Assembly (NCBI GenBank): GCA_964617145.1
Contig: CAZTVN010000003.1
Coordinates: forward strand, 1 to 41,506
Source of the DNA: an uncultured Candidatus Peribacteria bacterium
GTDB lineage: Bacteria; Patescibacteriota; Gracilibacteria; UBA1369; JACRIC01
Direction of reading: 5' to 3'
DNA: 41,506 nucleotides
Part shown: positions 10,426 through 19,387 of the stretch, piece by piece
Layout: each line of letters opens with the position of its first letter
How positions within the stretch are numbered: the first letter of the stretch is position 1
The notes under the pieces: generated by a model
Databases searched by the model: none
Seen by the model: the letters and a program-made list of their open reading frames with translations, nothing else
Told to the model about the DNA's origin: nothing
Position numbers and translations under genes: made by a program

Positions 10426-11970
10426 ATGGCAGAACTCGAAGCACATAATAGGCCATCTGAATCACAGCACTCTGATAATTTTGAGGACTCTGAGCGACCA
10501 GATAGTTCTTTAAATCCTTCCCGACAAGATTTGGAACCTCAAGGAGCTTTTCCAGGAAGAGCCGCCACCCTTGAAAAAATACGTCAAGATGAAAGGCTTG
10601 ATGCGGCACGGGAGAGACTTATCGATTGTCTCAAAGATGAACGTATTTCCAAATATCTTCCTGATGTTAAAGCCAATCCTGAAAAACCTCTCGAAGATAT
10701 TTTACAAGGTAAAACACTTGAAGAAATTACATGGTATGCCCGTGAACACCTTTCACAGGCCGATTCCACTGACCTTATGCGAGTAGAACTTGATTATGGC
10801 CCGGGATTTTTGGCCTTTCTTTTTCTTGATTCAACTTCTGGTCAGATGCCGCTTTTTGCCGCGAATTCCGATGAAACCCAGAATGATTATGCCGCCGGGT
10901 CGGAATTTGGCGTAGATTTTCGCGGCAATGATCTTGCTGAAACGGAAATCGGGGCAGGAGACATCTTGCCGGCTTATGTTCGTTTTATTGTGGTACGTTC
11001 CTCAGATGGTGAAGAATGGATCGGAGAGAGAGGGCTTGGATCCGCTCACAGCGGGAAGCGCGTTGGTTATTTTAATGTAGAAAATGGCGATTATATCGCC
11101 ATTTTTAGTAAGGATATTATCAGGATTCCCACGAATGATGATTTTCAACGTTTGGGCGTGAAGGATTCAACTCTTTATTCCGATGATGCGAGTGTTCAAC
11201 GATCTTCAAAAGAAGAATATGATGTCAAAACATCGTATATTCATGACATGGAAACAGAACAGAAGCAGTACGCTGAACGCCGAGAAATACAAGCTCAAGA
11301 TTTTACAGGGTATTTTAACGAATACTTTGAAACCAATGTTAGTGTTTCAGGTCAACTTGAGAGTGGCCTTGAGGATGCTGCAATTCGTGAAATGGCTTCA
11401 AAACTTTTGAATAACTCTTCTCAAGATATCGATTTTTTTGTCCAAGCTTTCAAAGCCAATCGCGACATCGAATCTAGGCAGAATTATGGGATTTTGGGCC
11501 AAGCTGTTGTTTCGAGGAAGTATATGGGACAAAGGGCTCTTGGCGCTTATCAAATCATGCCGGGGAATTGGGTGAGTTGGAGCCATGATGCTATCGGTAA
11601 AAGCCTTTTAGACGGCCAAGATATTGTGAAGAGTGAACATTTCGATAAAGATATCGCTCTTCCCTCCGCTAAAAATCAAGATATCCTCGCTTTGGTGCAA
11701 CTTGCTGAAATCATGAATCATTATTCTCCTAATCGATCTCGTTTTTCTGATCAAGATATCGCGGCTATGATGTCGGTTTGCTGGTATGGGAATATGGCTA
11801 ACGGCAGACCTGAAAGTCCAGAAGATATCTCAACCACTCGTGCCCGTATTTCTGTCAATGGTCGAAGCCGAGCTTTGATTTCTCCTCGTGAGCATGCCGA
11901 TAAATTTGTGGCAAGTATGTTTGGAGGTGGCAACGCTCCAAAACGTGGTAATCGTCGTCGATCCCGTTAG
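10426..11970 (+). CDS. Hypothetical protein with a C-terminal SLT/lytic-transglycosylase-like motif
   Basis: 514 aa. DIESRQNYG followed by GAYQIMPGNW resembles the catalytic E-S ... G-x-x-Q-I-M-P block of SLT domains. Acidic N-terminus, no signal peptide, basic tail RGNRRRSR. Confidence 0.6.
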   Translation: MAELEAHNRPSESQHSDNFEDSERPDSSLNPSRQDLEPQGAFPGRAATLEKIRQDERLDAARERLIDCLKDERISKYLPDVKANPEKPLEDILQGKTLEEITWYAREHLSQADSTDLMRVELDYGPGFLAFLFLDSTSGQMPLFAANSDETQNDYAAGSEFGVDFRGNDLAETEIGAGDILPAYVRFIVVRSSDGEEWIGERGLGSAHSGKRVGYFNVENGDYIAIFSKDIIRIPTNDDFQRLGVKDSTLYSDDASVQRSSKEEYDVKTSYIHDMETEQKQYAERREIQAQDFTGYFNEYFETNVSVSGQLESGLEDAAIREMASKLLNNSSQDIDFFVQAFKANRDIESRQNYGILGQAVVSRKYMGQRALGAYQIMPGNWVSWSHDAIGKSLLDGQDIVKSEHFDKDIALPSAKNQDILALVQLAEIMNHYSPNRSRFSDQDIAAMMSVCWYGNMANGRPESPEDISTTRARISVNGRSRALISPREHADKFVASMFGGGNAPKRGNRRRSR

Positions 11971-11991
11971 CATTTTTTTTAATTTTTTTCT

Positions 11992-13638
11992 ATGAGTGCA
12001 AATTCAGCTTCTCAACCATCATCTCAGCCAACTTTGGATCCTGTTGAAGGTACGAGTAATTATGATGATCTTCAGGGAAAAATCAATGCTCTTTTAACCC
12101 ACATTAAAGACGAACGTGAAAAAAGGACTCTTGAAACTGCCCGTGAATTAGTTTCTCTTGCACAAAGCTTGCCTACTCTCACTTCTGACCAAAAGGAAAA
12201 ACTTGGATACTATCAAAATCGAGTTGAGGCTTTAACTCTTTTTCAAGAAAAAAAAGGCGGGATTGATTTTGAGGGAATTTCTAGTGACGATACCGAACCT
12301 TTACTGCGTAATGGATTTGTTGATGCTTATACACAACTTCCCGTACTGGATAGGAAAATAAAGCCAGAACATATTTCGCGATTTAGAGAGGCAATGCCCA
12401 ATCTTTTTTTTATGGCTCTTTCTGAGGCTCATAGTAGTGGGGGGGTATTCAAGGCTATTGTGGTAAGTGAAGTATCAAAATGTTTAGAAGCTGCTTCCTT
12501 TAAAAATTGGGCACTTTCTGTTGGCTTAGCTTCCAAAAACGAATCTGGCCAAATACAATGGGCTGACCAACTTTTTGAAAAACAAGAAGCTACCGAAGAA
12601 GAAAGAGAACGTGCTCGGATGTTAGAGGCTATTCCTAAACTTATTACTGCTATTCGCGCTTTTCCTAATACACAGAATGGATGGAGTTTGAGAGAGGCTG
12701 ACCAAACTCTATTGGGAAAAATTGAAAGCAAAAATCTTCAGACTCTTGCTGATGCAGAACTTAAAGATTACGACCAGAAGCTTACCGCTATGCGAGATTA
12801 CTATAGCGGTATGCAAAAAAGGTATACCGATATTTTGGGCCGTGCCCCAACACTTGCAGGAAATCCCAGCATAACGGCAGAAGATAAAAAATCTTTGGAG
12901 GAAATTAAAGTCGGTTCAAAGGATGCCCTCCTTGCCCATAACGAAAGTGGTCTTAAGGAATGGGAATCTAAATTCACCGCACTTGAAAAAAAATATCAAG
13001 TCGTGCCAACAAAAGAATCCACTGAAAAAGGTCTTTTTGCTCTTATTTTAGGAGGATTTTTATCGGCGGATATTATAGATCGTTTAGCGGAATTTATTCG
13101 TCCATTTTTTGGAGAAAAGACGTATGGTGTCATCGCTGATGCTCTTGCTTTAGCTGCCAATCAAAAGATGGTTACTGACTCTGAAATTCTTGGCCAATTT
13201 GGCGTTGTTTCTGATAGCAGTGGGAAATATGGAAAAAATGTGGAATATATCAAATTGCTTTCCATGACTCCGGAAGATATGTTAAAAACACATTTTGCTG
13301 TTACCGAAGACCATCTTATCGAAGATTTAAAAAATCCTCAGATGACTCTCAAATTTTATCTCGATACTATGGGTGCCGATGTTTCTTCTTATGCAGGAGT
13401 CCTTTCAAGATTAACTACTTTTCTTCAACCTCTTGTTTCTGAAATGAATCCGAGTGAACTTGGTCAATCTCTTTTCACCTTTCTCGAGAGTCGAAAAGCG
13501 AAAGTTGCTCTTGCTGCTTCACAAAGGGCAGGAGGAGGGGCTGCTACTGGTACTGGGGGGAATCCTCCTTCAGATGGTGATGCTGATTCTGGGACTGAAG
13601 GCAGCGGCACAGATTCCACTGATTCAGCTGGTGACTGA
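11992..13638 (+). CDS. Hypothetical protein (ORFan operon gene 3), Gly/Ser/Asp-rich tail
   Basis: 548 aa, apparently helix-rich. One hydrophobic patch (GLFALILGGFLSADII). C-terminal low-complexity GGGAATGTGGNPPSDGDADSGTEGSGTDS. Confidence 0.6.
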   Translation: MSANSASQPSSQPTLDPVEGTSNYDDLQGKINALLTHIKDEREKRTLETARELVSLAQSLPTLTSDQKEKLGYYQNRVEALTLFQEKKGGIDFEGISSDDTEPLLRNGFVDAYTQLPVLDRKIKPEHISRFREAMPNLFFMALSEAHSSGGVFKAIVVSEVSKCLEAASFKNWALSVGLASKNESGQIQWADQLFEKQEATEEERERARMLEAIPKLITAIRAFPNTQNGWSLREADQTLLGKIESKNLQTLADAELKDYDQKLTAMRDYYSGMQKRYTDILGRAPTLAGNPSITAEDKKSLEEIKVGSKDALLAHNESGLKEWESKFTALEKKYQVVPTKESTEKGLFALILGGFLSADIIDRLAEFIRPFFGEKTYGVIADALALAANQKMVTDSEILGQFGVVSDSSGKYGKNVEYIKLLSMTPEDMLKTHFAVTEDHLIEDLKNPQMTLKFYLDTMGADVSSYAGVLSRLTTFLQPLVSEMNPSELGQSLFTFLESRKAKVALAASQRAGGGAATGTGGNPPSDGDADSGTEGSGTDSTDSAGD

Positions 13639-13679
13639 TAAATTGGCCTCCATTACATTTTTCTTTATATTCATTTCCT

Positions 13680-14225
13680 ATGACTCCTAGCCCTTCCAAT
13701 CCATCATCGACCAATCCTTTTGTAGGCAGCAATACTCTCCCAGCGATTTCTCCTCAACAAGGCGACCAACAAAATTCACAACCATCAAATACTGATTCCA
13801 CAAACGCAACTTCGAATAGCCAAACAACTCAGACATCGGGGCAAAGCTCATCTAAGCCTGCTACGGCCAATAATTTTGACATCCCTGATCTTGTCAAAGA
13901 AAAATATGCCGATCTCATTCCAATGATTTTGAAAACGGAATCCATGAATGACGAAGAGCGTCAATATTGGTTCCATATTTTGCCGATTATGACCCCCGAT
14001 CAGATCGAAAAGTTTCGAGGAATCCTCGTAAATGAAAGCCAACAACTCTCAAAACTCGATGAGGAATATCAAACGGAACTTAAAAAATTAACAGGGAAAC
14101 CTTCGAGTTTTGATCCTGAAAAAATGCAAGAAAAAAAACGCGAACTCAACGAGGAAGAATCCAAGGAAGAATCAAAAGAAAAGGCTCAAGAAGAAGAAAT
14201 TTTGAAACAACTGTCGGATATTTAA
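13680..14225 (+). CDS. Hypothetical protein (ORFan operon gene 4)
   Basis: 181 aa. S/T/N/Q-rich N-terminus and a charged, coiled-coil-like C-terminus. Confidence 0.6.
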   Translation: MTPSPSNPSSTNPFVGSNTLPAISPQQGDQQNSQPSNTDSTNATSNSQTTQTSGQSSSKPATANNFDIPDLVKEKYADLIPMILKTESMNDEERQYWFHILPIMTPDQIEKFRGILVNESQQLSKLDEEYQTELKKLTGKPSSFDPEKMQEKKRELNEEESKEESKEKAQEEEILKQLSDI

Positions 14226-14320
14226 AACAGCAGTCGTACATGATAGACTGCCCGATTTGGTAGCGCGGTTTTCGAGAAAAATTCCCGTAAGCTTGTTTTT
14301 AAAAGCTGCGAACAAGGTTG

Positions 14321-14485
14321 GGACACTCTGAAAAAAACCCTTTCGACTGCAATTGCAAGCGTTCGGCTAAAAAATGGCTCATGCCTTCTTGCCGTATCTT
14401 TCTCTGATACGCCTTCGTCGGCCTTCGCCATTTTCGCCAGAACGCTTGCAATTTCGTAACCGAAATGGCATTTTTCAGAGTGTCC
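14321..14485 (+). repeat. Long family-1 rod hairpin (165 nt) between convergent genes
   Basis: ggacactctgaaaaa (14321-14335) pairs with tttttcagagtgtcc (14471-14485), 15 bp perfect. aattgcaagcgttc (14351-14364) pairs with gaacgcttgcaatt (14440-14453), 14 bp perfect. The left arm aligns with 41462-41506 (ctgaaaaa..actgcaatt..ttcggct). Confidence 0.75.
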
Positions 14486-14489
14486 TTTG

Positions 14490-15632
14490 TTATATTTCTG
14501 CTTCGTCTTGCTGAAAAGCGGTGATAACGAGTCGACGCAAATTGGTTCCAACAGGGGTACAGGTCATGAGCGTCAGTCTAAAATCGTCTGTTGGCTTGAG
14601 GATTTCGGTATTTTGTGGCTTTACCTCTTTTTTTTCCGCTATTTTGTAGCGATATTTTTTTTGATTAAAGTAAATAATAATTTCATCCCCGATTTCCAAA
14701 TGCGGAAGAAGCGCAAAAACATCCTTAAATTTTCCATCATCCCACGGATAATAGGAACTGTGACCTGTAATAAACACATTTCCCTTTTGGCCAGGACGGG
14801 CTGAACCTGGATACCGCACCACTCCACGCTTTAAATCTTCTAAAATAGCCTTGCTGAAAGTATTCCAATCCGAGGCGTAGAGCGCTCCTTTTTCCGTTTC
14901 AACAATAGGAATATTTTTCCCGATCTTTGGAATAATAATGCGGTTATCTGGCGGAGTAATATCGTCAAAAATACCAGAAAAGCTTGCATATTCTTGTTTT
15001 GTATTTTTTGTTTTTTCGCTATCCACAAGCTCCAAAAGTTGCTTCTTTTGTTGCGCTTTCAGATCTGGCTCATTCACATCATTTTTGACAATGACCGATG
15101 TAAGAACATTTATCGCCATTGGTTTTATCTCATTCGTATAATAATGTTTTGTTATCTGAAAATATGCTTGATAATTTAAGAGAAAAAATCCAACGATAAA
15201 AATAGCTGAAGCGGCGGCGGCAAAACGTATGCCAAGTTTTGCCAACTCTTTCATTTTTTGTCCCATGAATGCCTTTGATTTCTTCGCTAACTCCAAGAGA
15301 TGTTTTTTGCTTTCACCATTACTGACATGGCCAAAATGCCGAAAATGAGTAAAATTTTCGAGGTATTTCTTGCGGACATGTTGAAAAATGCCATTGGAGA
15401 CGTGCTGAAACATGTCCCTTATGACATGATGAGGCTTGTGGCGTATTGATGGTATTGGATGTTTTACCTCATAAATTTCTATTTCTCCGACTTCTTTTAT
15501 CGATTTCTTTGCGGCTGTTTTCTCTTTTTCGCGCTCTTCTTCCTCTAAATCGCACAAAGGAAGCACAGGGATATCTAATCGATAAAAATTCGTATTCCCT
15601 CGGTAAATTTTATGGCTCAAGGCATGCATCAT
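14490..15632 (-). CDS. Sortase family transpeptidase with a long N-terminal cytoplasmic extension
   Basis: 380 aa. One TM segment (IRFAAAASAIFIVGFFLL). Catalytic His block VFITGHSS and Cys block LTLMTCTP. Confidence 0.8.
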   Translation of the reverse strand: MMHALSHKIYRGNTNFYRLDIPVLPLCDLEEEEREKEKTAAKKSIKEVGEIEIYEVKHPIPSIRHKPHHVIRDMFQHVSNGIFQHVRKKYLENFTHFRHFGHVSNGESKKHLLELAKKSKAFMGQKMKELAKLGIRFAAAASAIFIVGFFLLNYQAYFQITKHYYTNEIKPMAINVLTSVIVKNDVNEPDLKAQQKKQLLELVDSEKTKNTKQEYASFSGIFDDITPPDNRIIIPKIGKNIPIVETEKGALYASDWNTFSKAILEDLKRGVVRYPGSARPGQKGNVFITGHSSYYPWDDGKFKDVFALLPHLEIGDEIIIYFNQKKYRYKIAEKKEVKPQNTEILKPTDDFRLTLMTCTPVGTNLRRLVITAFQQDEAEI

Positions 15633-15679
15633 ATCTCAAAATTATACCTTATTTTAGACCAAAAATCAATTTAAGAATG

Positions 15680-15699
15680 GGCTGAAAAACTATTCAGCC
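15680..15699. terminator. Short hairpin downstream of mnmA carrying the CTGAAAAAC motif
   Basis: ggctgaa (15680-15686) pairs with ttcagcc (15693-15699). The sequence gggCTGAAAAACTATtcagcc resembles a family-1 arm start. Confidence 0.4.
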
Positions 15700-15794
15700 A
15701 CTACAATTTTCACATTTTGGCTTAAATTTGTTCAGGACAGATCAACGTATCTTTATCTGGGGAATAAGAGCTAGCAGCATTTTTTAGAGTTTGC

Positions 15795-16958
15795 TTAAGC
15801 AATGATTCCGCCGCCTAAAACCGCTTCAGGTTTTTTGTCTTTTTTATCAGGCAAATAAAAGACTACTGATTGTCCTTTGGTAATAGCTCGTTGCGGCTCT
15901 TCAAAGATGAGTTCTCCTATTTCTCCGTTGAGTTTCAAAAGACCTTTTTTGGGTTCAAACCGATGCCTTATTCGCGCATACACTTTTACTTCATTACCAT
16001 CTGGTGGATTGATAAAATGTAAATGTATGGCTTTTAATTTTTCTTTTTTTAAATCTTCTTCTTTGCCCACAATAATGGCATTATCCTCTTTTGAAAGAGC
16101 AATAACGTAATAGGGGCTCATTTCTCCACCGATTCTAAGTCCCTTTCTTTGACCAATCGTATAAAACGGAAGGCCTTGGTGACTACCTATAATTTCCCCA
16201 TCTAAGGTTTTAATAGGACCTTTTGAGTACTCATCTTTTTCTAAATGTCGTTTTAAGAAATCTGTGTGTTTTTTATCCGGGAAAAAACAAATTCCCTGAC
16301 TTTCTCTCTGGTCAATGACAGGTTCAAGATTTGAGATTTTGGCTATTTGACGGACTTTTTTCTTATTGTATTGCCCTATGGGAAAAAGAACGTGCTTAAG
16401 TTTATTTTGTGAGAGAGTGTACAAGAAATAACTCTGGTCTTTTTCCTTGTCTAAAGCCATCAGAAGCGAATATTTTTCTTTTCTTTTTCGGATACGGGCG
16501 TAATGACCTGTCGCCAGATAATCTGCCCCAAGAGAAAGAGCGCTTTGCAAAAGGATACCGAATTTTACATTTCTGTTGCATTCAACGCAGGGATTTGGTG
16601 TAAGCGCTTTTTTATGTTTTTCAAGAAAATCATCAACGATTTTTTCTTTAAAAATATCTTGGACATCTTTGACATAAAATGGCATCGAAAGCATGTGAGC
16701 AATCCTTCTCGCCCTCTCAAGACTATCCTCCGAACAACATTTATTTTGTGGAAATTGTCCGTCCTCTTCATCCTCACTGATCTTTGGATCACTCCAAAAA
16801 TGGAGATACATCCCAATGCAGTCGTACCCTTTTTGTTTCATAAGGTAAGCTGCGACTGATGAGTCGATGCCACCTGACATGGCTATTACTACTCTTTTTC
16901 TCATAAAGTAAGGCATTATGGCATCACGTATCATACTTAAATTGATTCTTGAGCGCAA
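15795..16958 (-). CDS. mnmA: tRNA 2-thiouridine(34) synthase
   Basis: 387 aa. PP-loop AMSGGIDSS and conserved Cys blocks (NPCVECN, QGICF). Confidence 0.9.
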   Translation of the reverse strand: MRSRINLSMIRDAIMPYFMRKRVVIAMSGGIDSSVAAYLMKQKGYDCIGMYLHFWSDPKISEDEEDGQFPQNKCCSEDSLERARRIAHMLSMPFYVKDVQDIFKEKIVDDFLEKHKKALTPNPCVECNRNVKFGILLQSALSLGADYLATGHYARIRKRKEKYSLLMALDKEKDQSYFLYTLSQNKLKHVLFPIGQYNKKKVRQIAKISNLEPVIDQRESQGICFFPDKKHTDFLKRHLEKDEYSKGPIKTLDGEIIGSHQGLPFYTIGQRKGLRIGGEMSPYYVIALSKEDNAIIVGKEEDLKKEKLKAIHLHFINPPDGNEVKVYARIRHRFEPKKGLLKLNGEIGELIFEEPQRAITKGQSVVFYLPDKKDKKPEAVLGGGIIA

Positions 16959-16991
16959 TTTCGATATGATTGGATATCATAATCGTTTTTC

Positions 16992-19343
16992 ATGGCGAAT
17001 ATTGTAGACACCATAGGTTTTGCAAAAACTTACTTAAGAAATTGTAATGAAAAACGACTTTTAATGGCCTATGAATTTGCTTGTGAAGCTCATGGGTCCC
17101 AGAAGCGAAAATCTGGTGATCCTTATATCCTTCATCCCCTTGAAACCGCCCAAATTTTGATGAGTATGCGTGCTGATGAGGATACCATTGTGGCAGCGCT
17201 TCTTCATGATGTACCAGAAGACACTTCTTATACGCTTAATGACATTAAAAAAAACTTTGGTAAAGATGTTGCCTATATCGTTGATGGGATTACCAAATTA
17301 TCCAAAGTACACTATCGATCTTCGATGAGAGCTCGACAAATAGAATCTTTAAAGAAACTCTTTTTGCACAGCGCTTCGGATTTTCGGACCATTCTTATTA
17401 AACTTGCCGATAGGCTTCACAATATGCGTACTTTGAATTACATCCGTCCAGAAAAACAAATCCGTATCGCACGCGAAACTATGGAAATTTTTGTTCCTAT
17501 CTCCAATCTTCTTGGTCTTTTTCAGCTCAAATCAGAGCTTGAAGATCTCTCGTTTAAATATCTTTATCCTGAGGCTTATAGGGCGCTTTCTTTGAAAATT
17601 GCTTCCATTCAAGAGAAACAAAAAGATCTTTTAAATGAGATGATTCATCGGACACAAAAAGCGCTTCAGTCGAATACTATTCCTGCTGAAGTTTTTGGAC
17701 GCCAAAAGACTCTCTATTCCACCTATTGTAAAATTGAACGCTCACAGAAAACCCTTATTGAAATAGACGATCTCGCCGCTATTCGCATCATCGTCGAGAC
17801 TCTTTCCGAGAGTTACCAGGTTCTCGGCATTATTCACTCTGAATTTCCTCCAAAAGCTGGCCGTTTTAAAGATTATATAGCTCTTCCTAAATCAAACGGA
17901 TATCAAAGTCTTCACACAACGGTTTTTGGTATTGATGGCATTCCAATTGAATTTCAAATTCGAACGAAAAAAATGCATCTCGATGCCGAATATGGTATAG
18001 CGGCTCATTATTTTTATGATGAACAAAAAAAACTTGGCCAAGCTCCAAGAAATAGCGCACATGCTCATGGATCTGAATGGATTCACCGCATTCTGGAACT
18101 TCAAAAGGATCACAAGGATCATGAAGATTTTTTACAACACCTAAAAATCGATATTTTTCAGGATCGTATTTTTGTTTTTACGCCTAAGGGCAATGTTGTC
18201 GACCTTCCTATCCGCGGTACTTGTTTGGATTTTGCTTATGCGGTTCATACCGATATCGGCCATAATGCGATACAAGCAGAAGTAAATGGGATTTTATGTC
18301 CTTTAAAAACCTTGCTTAAAACCGGTGACACCGTACGCATTATTACTTCTCCAGAACATAGAGGACCTCAACCTGAATGGCTTCATTCTGTCGTTACCGG
18401 ACTTGCGAAAAATCGCATCCGAGCTTATTTTCGGAGACAAACTCGATTACACAAAATAGCGCTGGGGAAAGTTCTTTTGGAAAAAGAATTTGAACATGCG
18501 GGGAAAAATTTTGAATATGAATGTGCTGGGGGAAAATTTGATACTCTTCTTAAGAAATTTTACTGTGCTTCCCTTGATGAACTTCTTATGAAGATCGGAG
18601 ATGGCACTTATAATTGTCGCGATGTTTTTACTCAATTTTATGAAGGAATCGATGTCCGTGAACAAATTAGCGGCAAAATTTTTACAGGCAATGGCTTTTC
18701 CGATATTCCCCATTATAGCGTGACGATTCGTGTTCTTGCCCTTGATCGTCTTGGACTTTTGAAAAATATATCCGAAGCGATCTCAACTTCTCAAGCGAAT
18801 ATTATAAGTTCCAAGACTCAGACTAATTTCAAGAAAAACGTTGCTTCAAATCACCTTACTATTAGTGTCCAGAATTATGATCAGCTTTCACAAATTTTTG
18901 AAAAAATTAAAGAGATTCCCAATGTTTATGAAGTAAAACGTGTTATATCGCGACGACGGATTTCTTTAATATTTGCGGTATTTTTGAATCTTATTTTCTG
19001 GGCCGTTCATCCTTTGATCGTTGGGCTTATTCACCTTCGTTTATCTTTTATAGGAAATTTTGCTTCTCATATTTTAACTCTTGCCACTTTTGCTGTATTT
19101 TTTTTGGTTCCGTTGGATATTCACAACTCGATAAAAAGATATTATCCTGAATATCAAAAAAATCCTTGCCTCTGGATTTTCTCTTATATCACCGCTACTT
19201 TTGTTTTTGCGACCACGGTCATGGAGATCTATTTTTTTCACCTTGGCATTTCTTGGATTTTTTCTCTTCTTTTCTTTGCTCTGAGTTTAAGCGCCATAAC
19301 ATTTTCCCTCTCCCGTTATCGAAAATGGTCAGGGAAATGCTGA
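16992..19343 (+). CDS. rel: Bifunctional (p)ppGpp synthetase/hydrolase (Rel/SpoT homologue) with a C-terminal membrane domain
   Basis: 783 aa. HD hydrolase motif HDVPEDT, synthetase blocks (AAIRIIV, SNGYQSLHTTV, EFQIRT), TGS and ACT-like regions. The last 133 aa or so hold four hydrophobic helices. Confidence 0.9.
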   Translation: MANIVDTIGFAKTYLRNCNEKRLLMAYEFACEAHGSQKRKSGDPYILHPLETAQILMSMRADEDTIVAALLHDVPEDTSYTLNDIKKNFGKDVAYIVDGITKLSKVHYRSSMRARQIESLKKLFLHSASDFRTILIKLADRLHNMRTLNYIRPEKQIRIARETMEIFVPISNLLGLFQLKSELEDLSFKYLYPEAYRALSLKIASIQEKQKDLLNEMIHRTQKALQSNTIPAEVFGRQKTLYSTYCKIERSQKTLIEIDDLAAIRIIVETLSESYQVLGIIHSEFPPKAGRFKDYIALPKSNGYQSLHTTVFGIDGIPIEFQIRTKKMHLDAEYGIAAHYFYDEQKKLGQAPRNSAHAHGSEWIHRILELQKDHKDHEDFLQHLKIDIFQDRIFVFTPKGNVVDLPIRGTCLDFAYAVHTDIGHNAIQAEVNGILCPLKTLLKTGDTVRIITSPEHRGPQPEWLHSVVTGLAKNRIRAYFRRQTRLHKIALGKVLLEKEFEHAGKNFEYECAGGKFDTLLKKFYCASLDELLMKIGDGTYNCRDVFTQFYEGIDVREQISGKIFTGNGFSDIPHYSVTIRVLALDRLGLLKNISEAISTSQANIISSKTQTNFKKNVASNHLTISVQNYDQLSQIFEKIKEIPNVYEVKRVISRRRISLIFAVFLNLIFWAVHPLIVGLIHLRLSFIGNFASHILTLATFAVFFLVPLDIHNSIKRYYPEYQKNPCLWIFSYITATFVFATTVMEIYFFHLGISWIFSLLFFALSLSAITFSLSRYRKWSGKC

Positions 19344-19363
19344 GATTTTTTTAACGCACTGAA

Positions 19364-19387
19364 TTAGGGCCTCTGCACAGGCCTTAA
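19364..19387. repeat. Family-2 box as a collapsed near-palindrome (TTAGGGCCTcTGCAcAGGCCTTAA)
   Basis: Lies between convergent rel and ychF and overlaps the ychF TAA stop (19384-19386). ggcct/aggcc form the stem. The left half matches TAGGGCCT.TGCAC of the boxes at 866 and 31843. Confidence 0.55.

Noticed and set aside
14222-14551. 109-aa minus-strand ORF, and similar ORFs at 24375-24581 (+), 36665-36850 (+), 38937-39161 (-), 31823-32401 (+), 31897-32166 (-) and 32175-32378 (-)
   Set aside because: Each lies across a long palindromic element or the tRNA gene. The open frames are explained by the GC-richer palindromic sequence. They have no start context and their composition is not protein-like.
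16959-16991. Small palindrome gatatgattggatatcat in the mnmA/rel divergent spacer as an operator
   Set aside because: It is only about 6 bp per arm in a 33-bp AT-rich spacer, which is indistinguishable from chance and from overlapping -10 elements.
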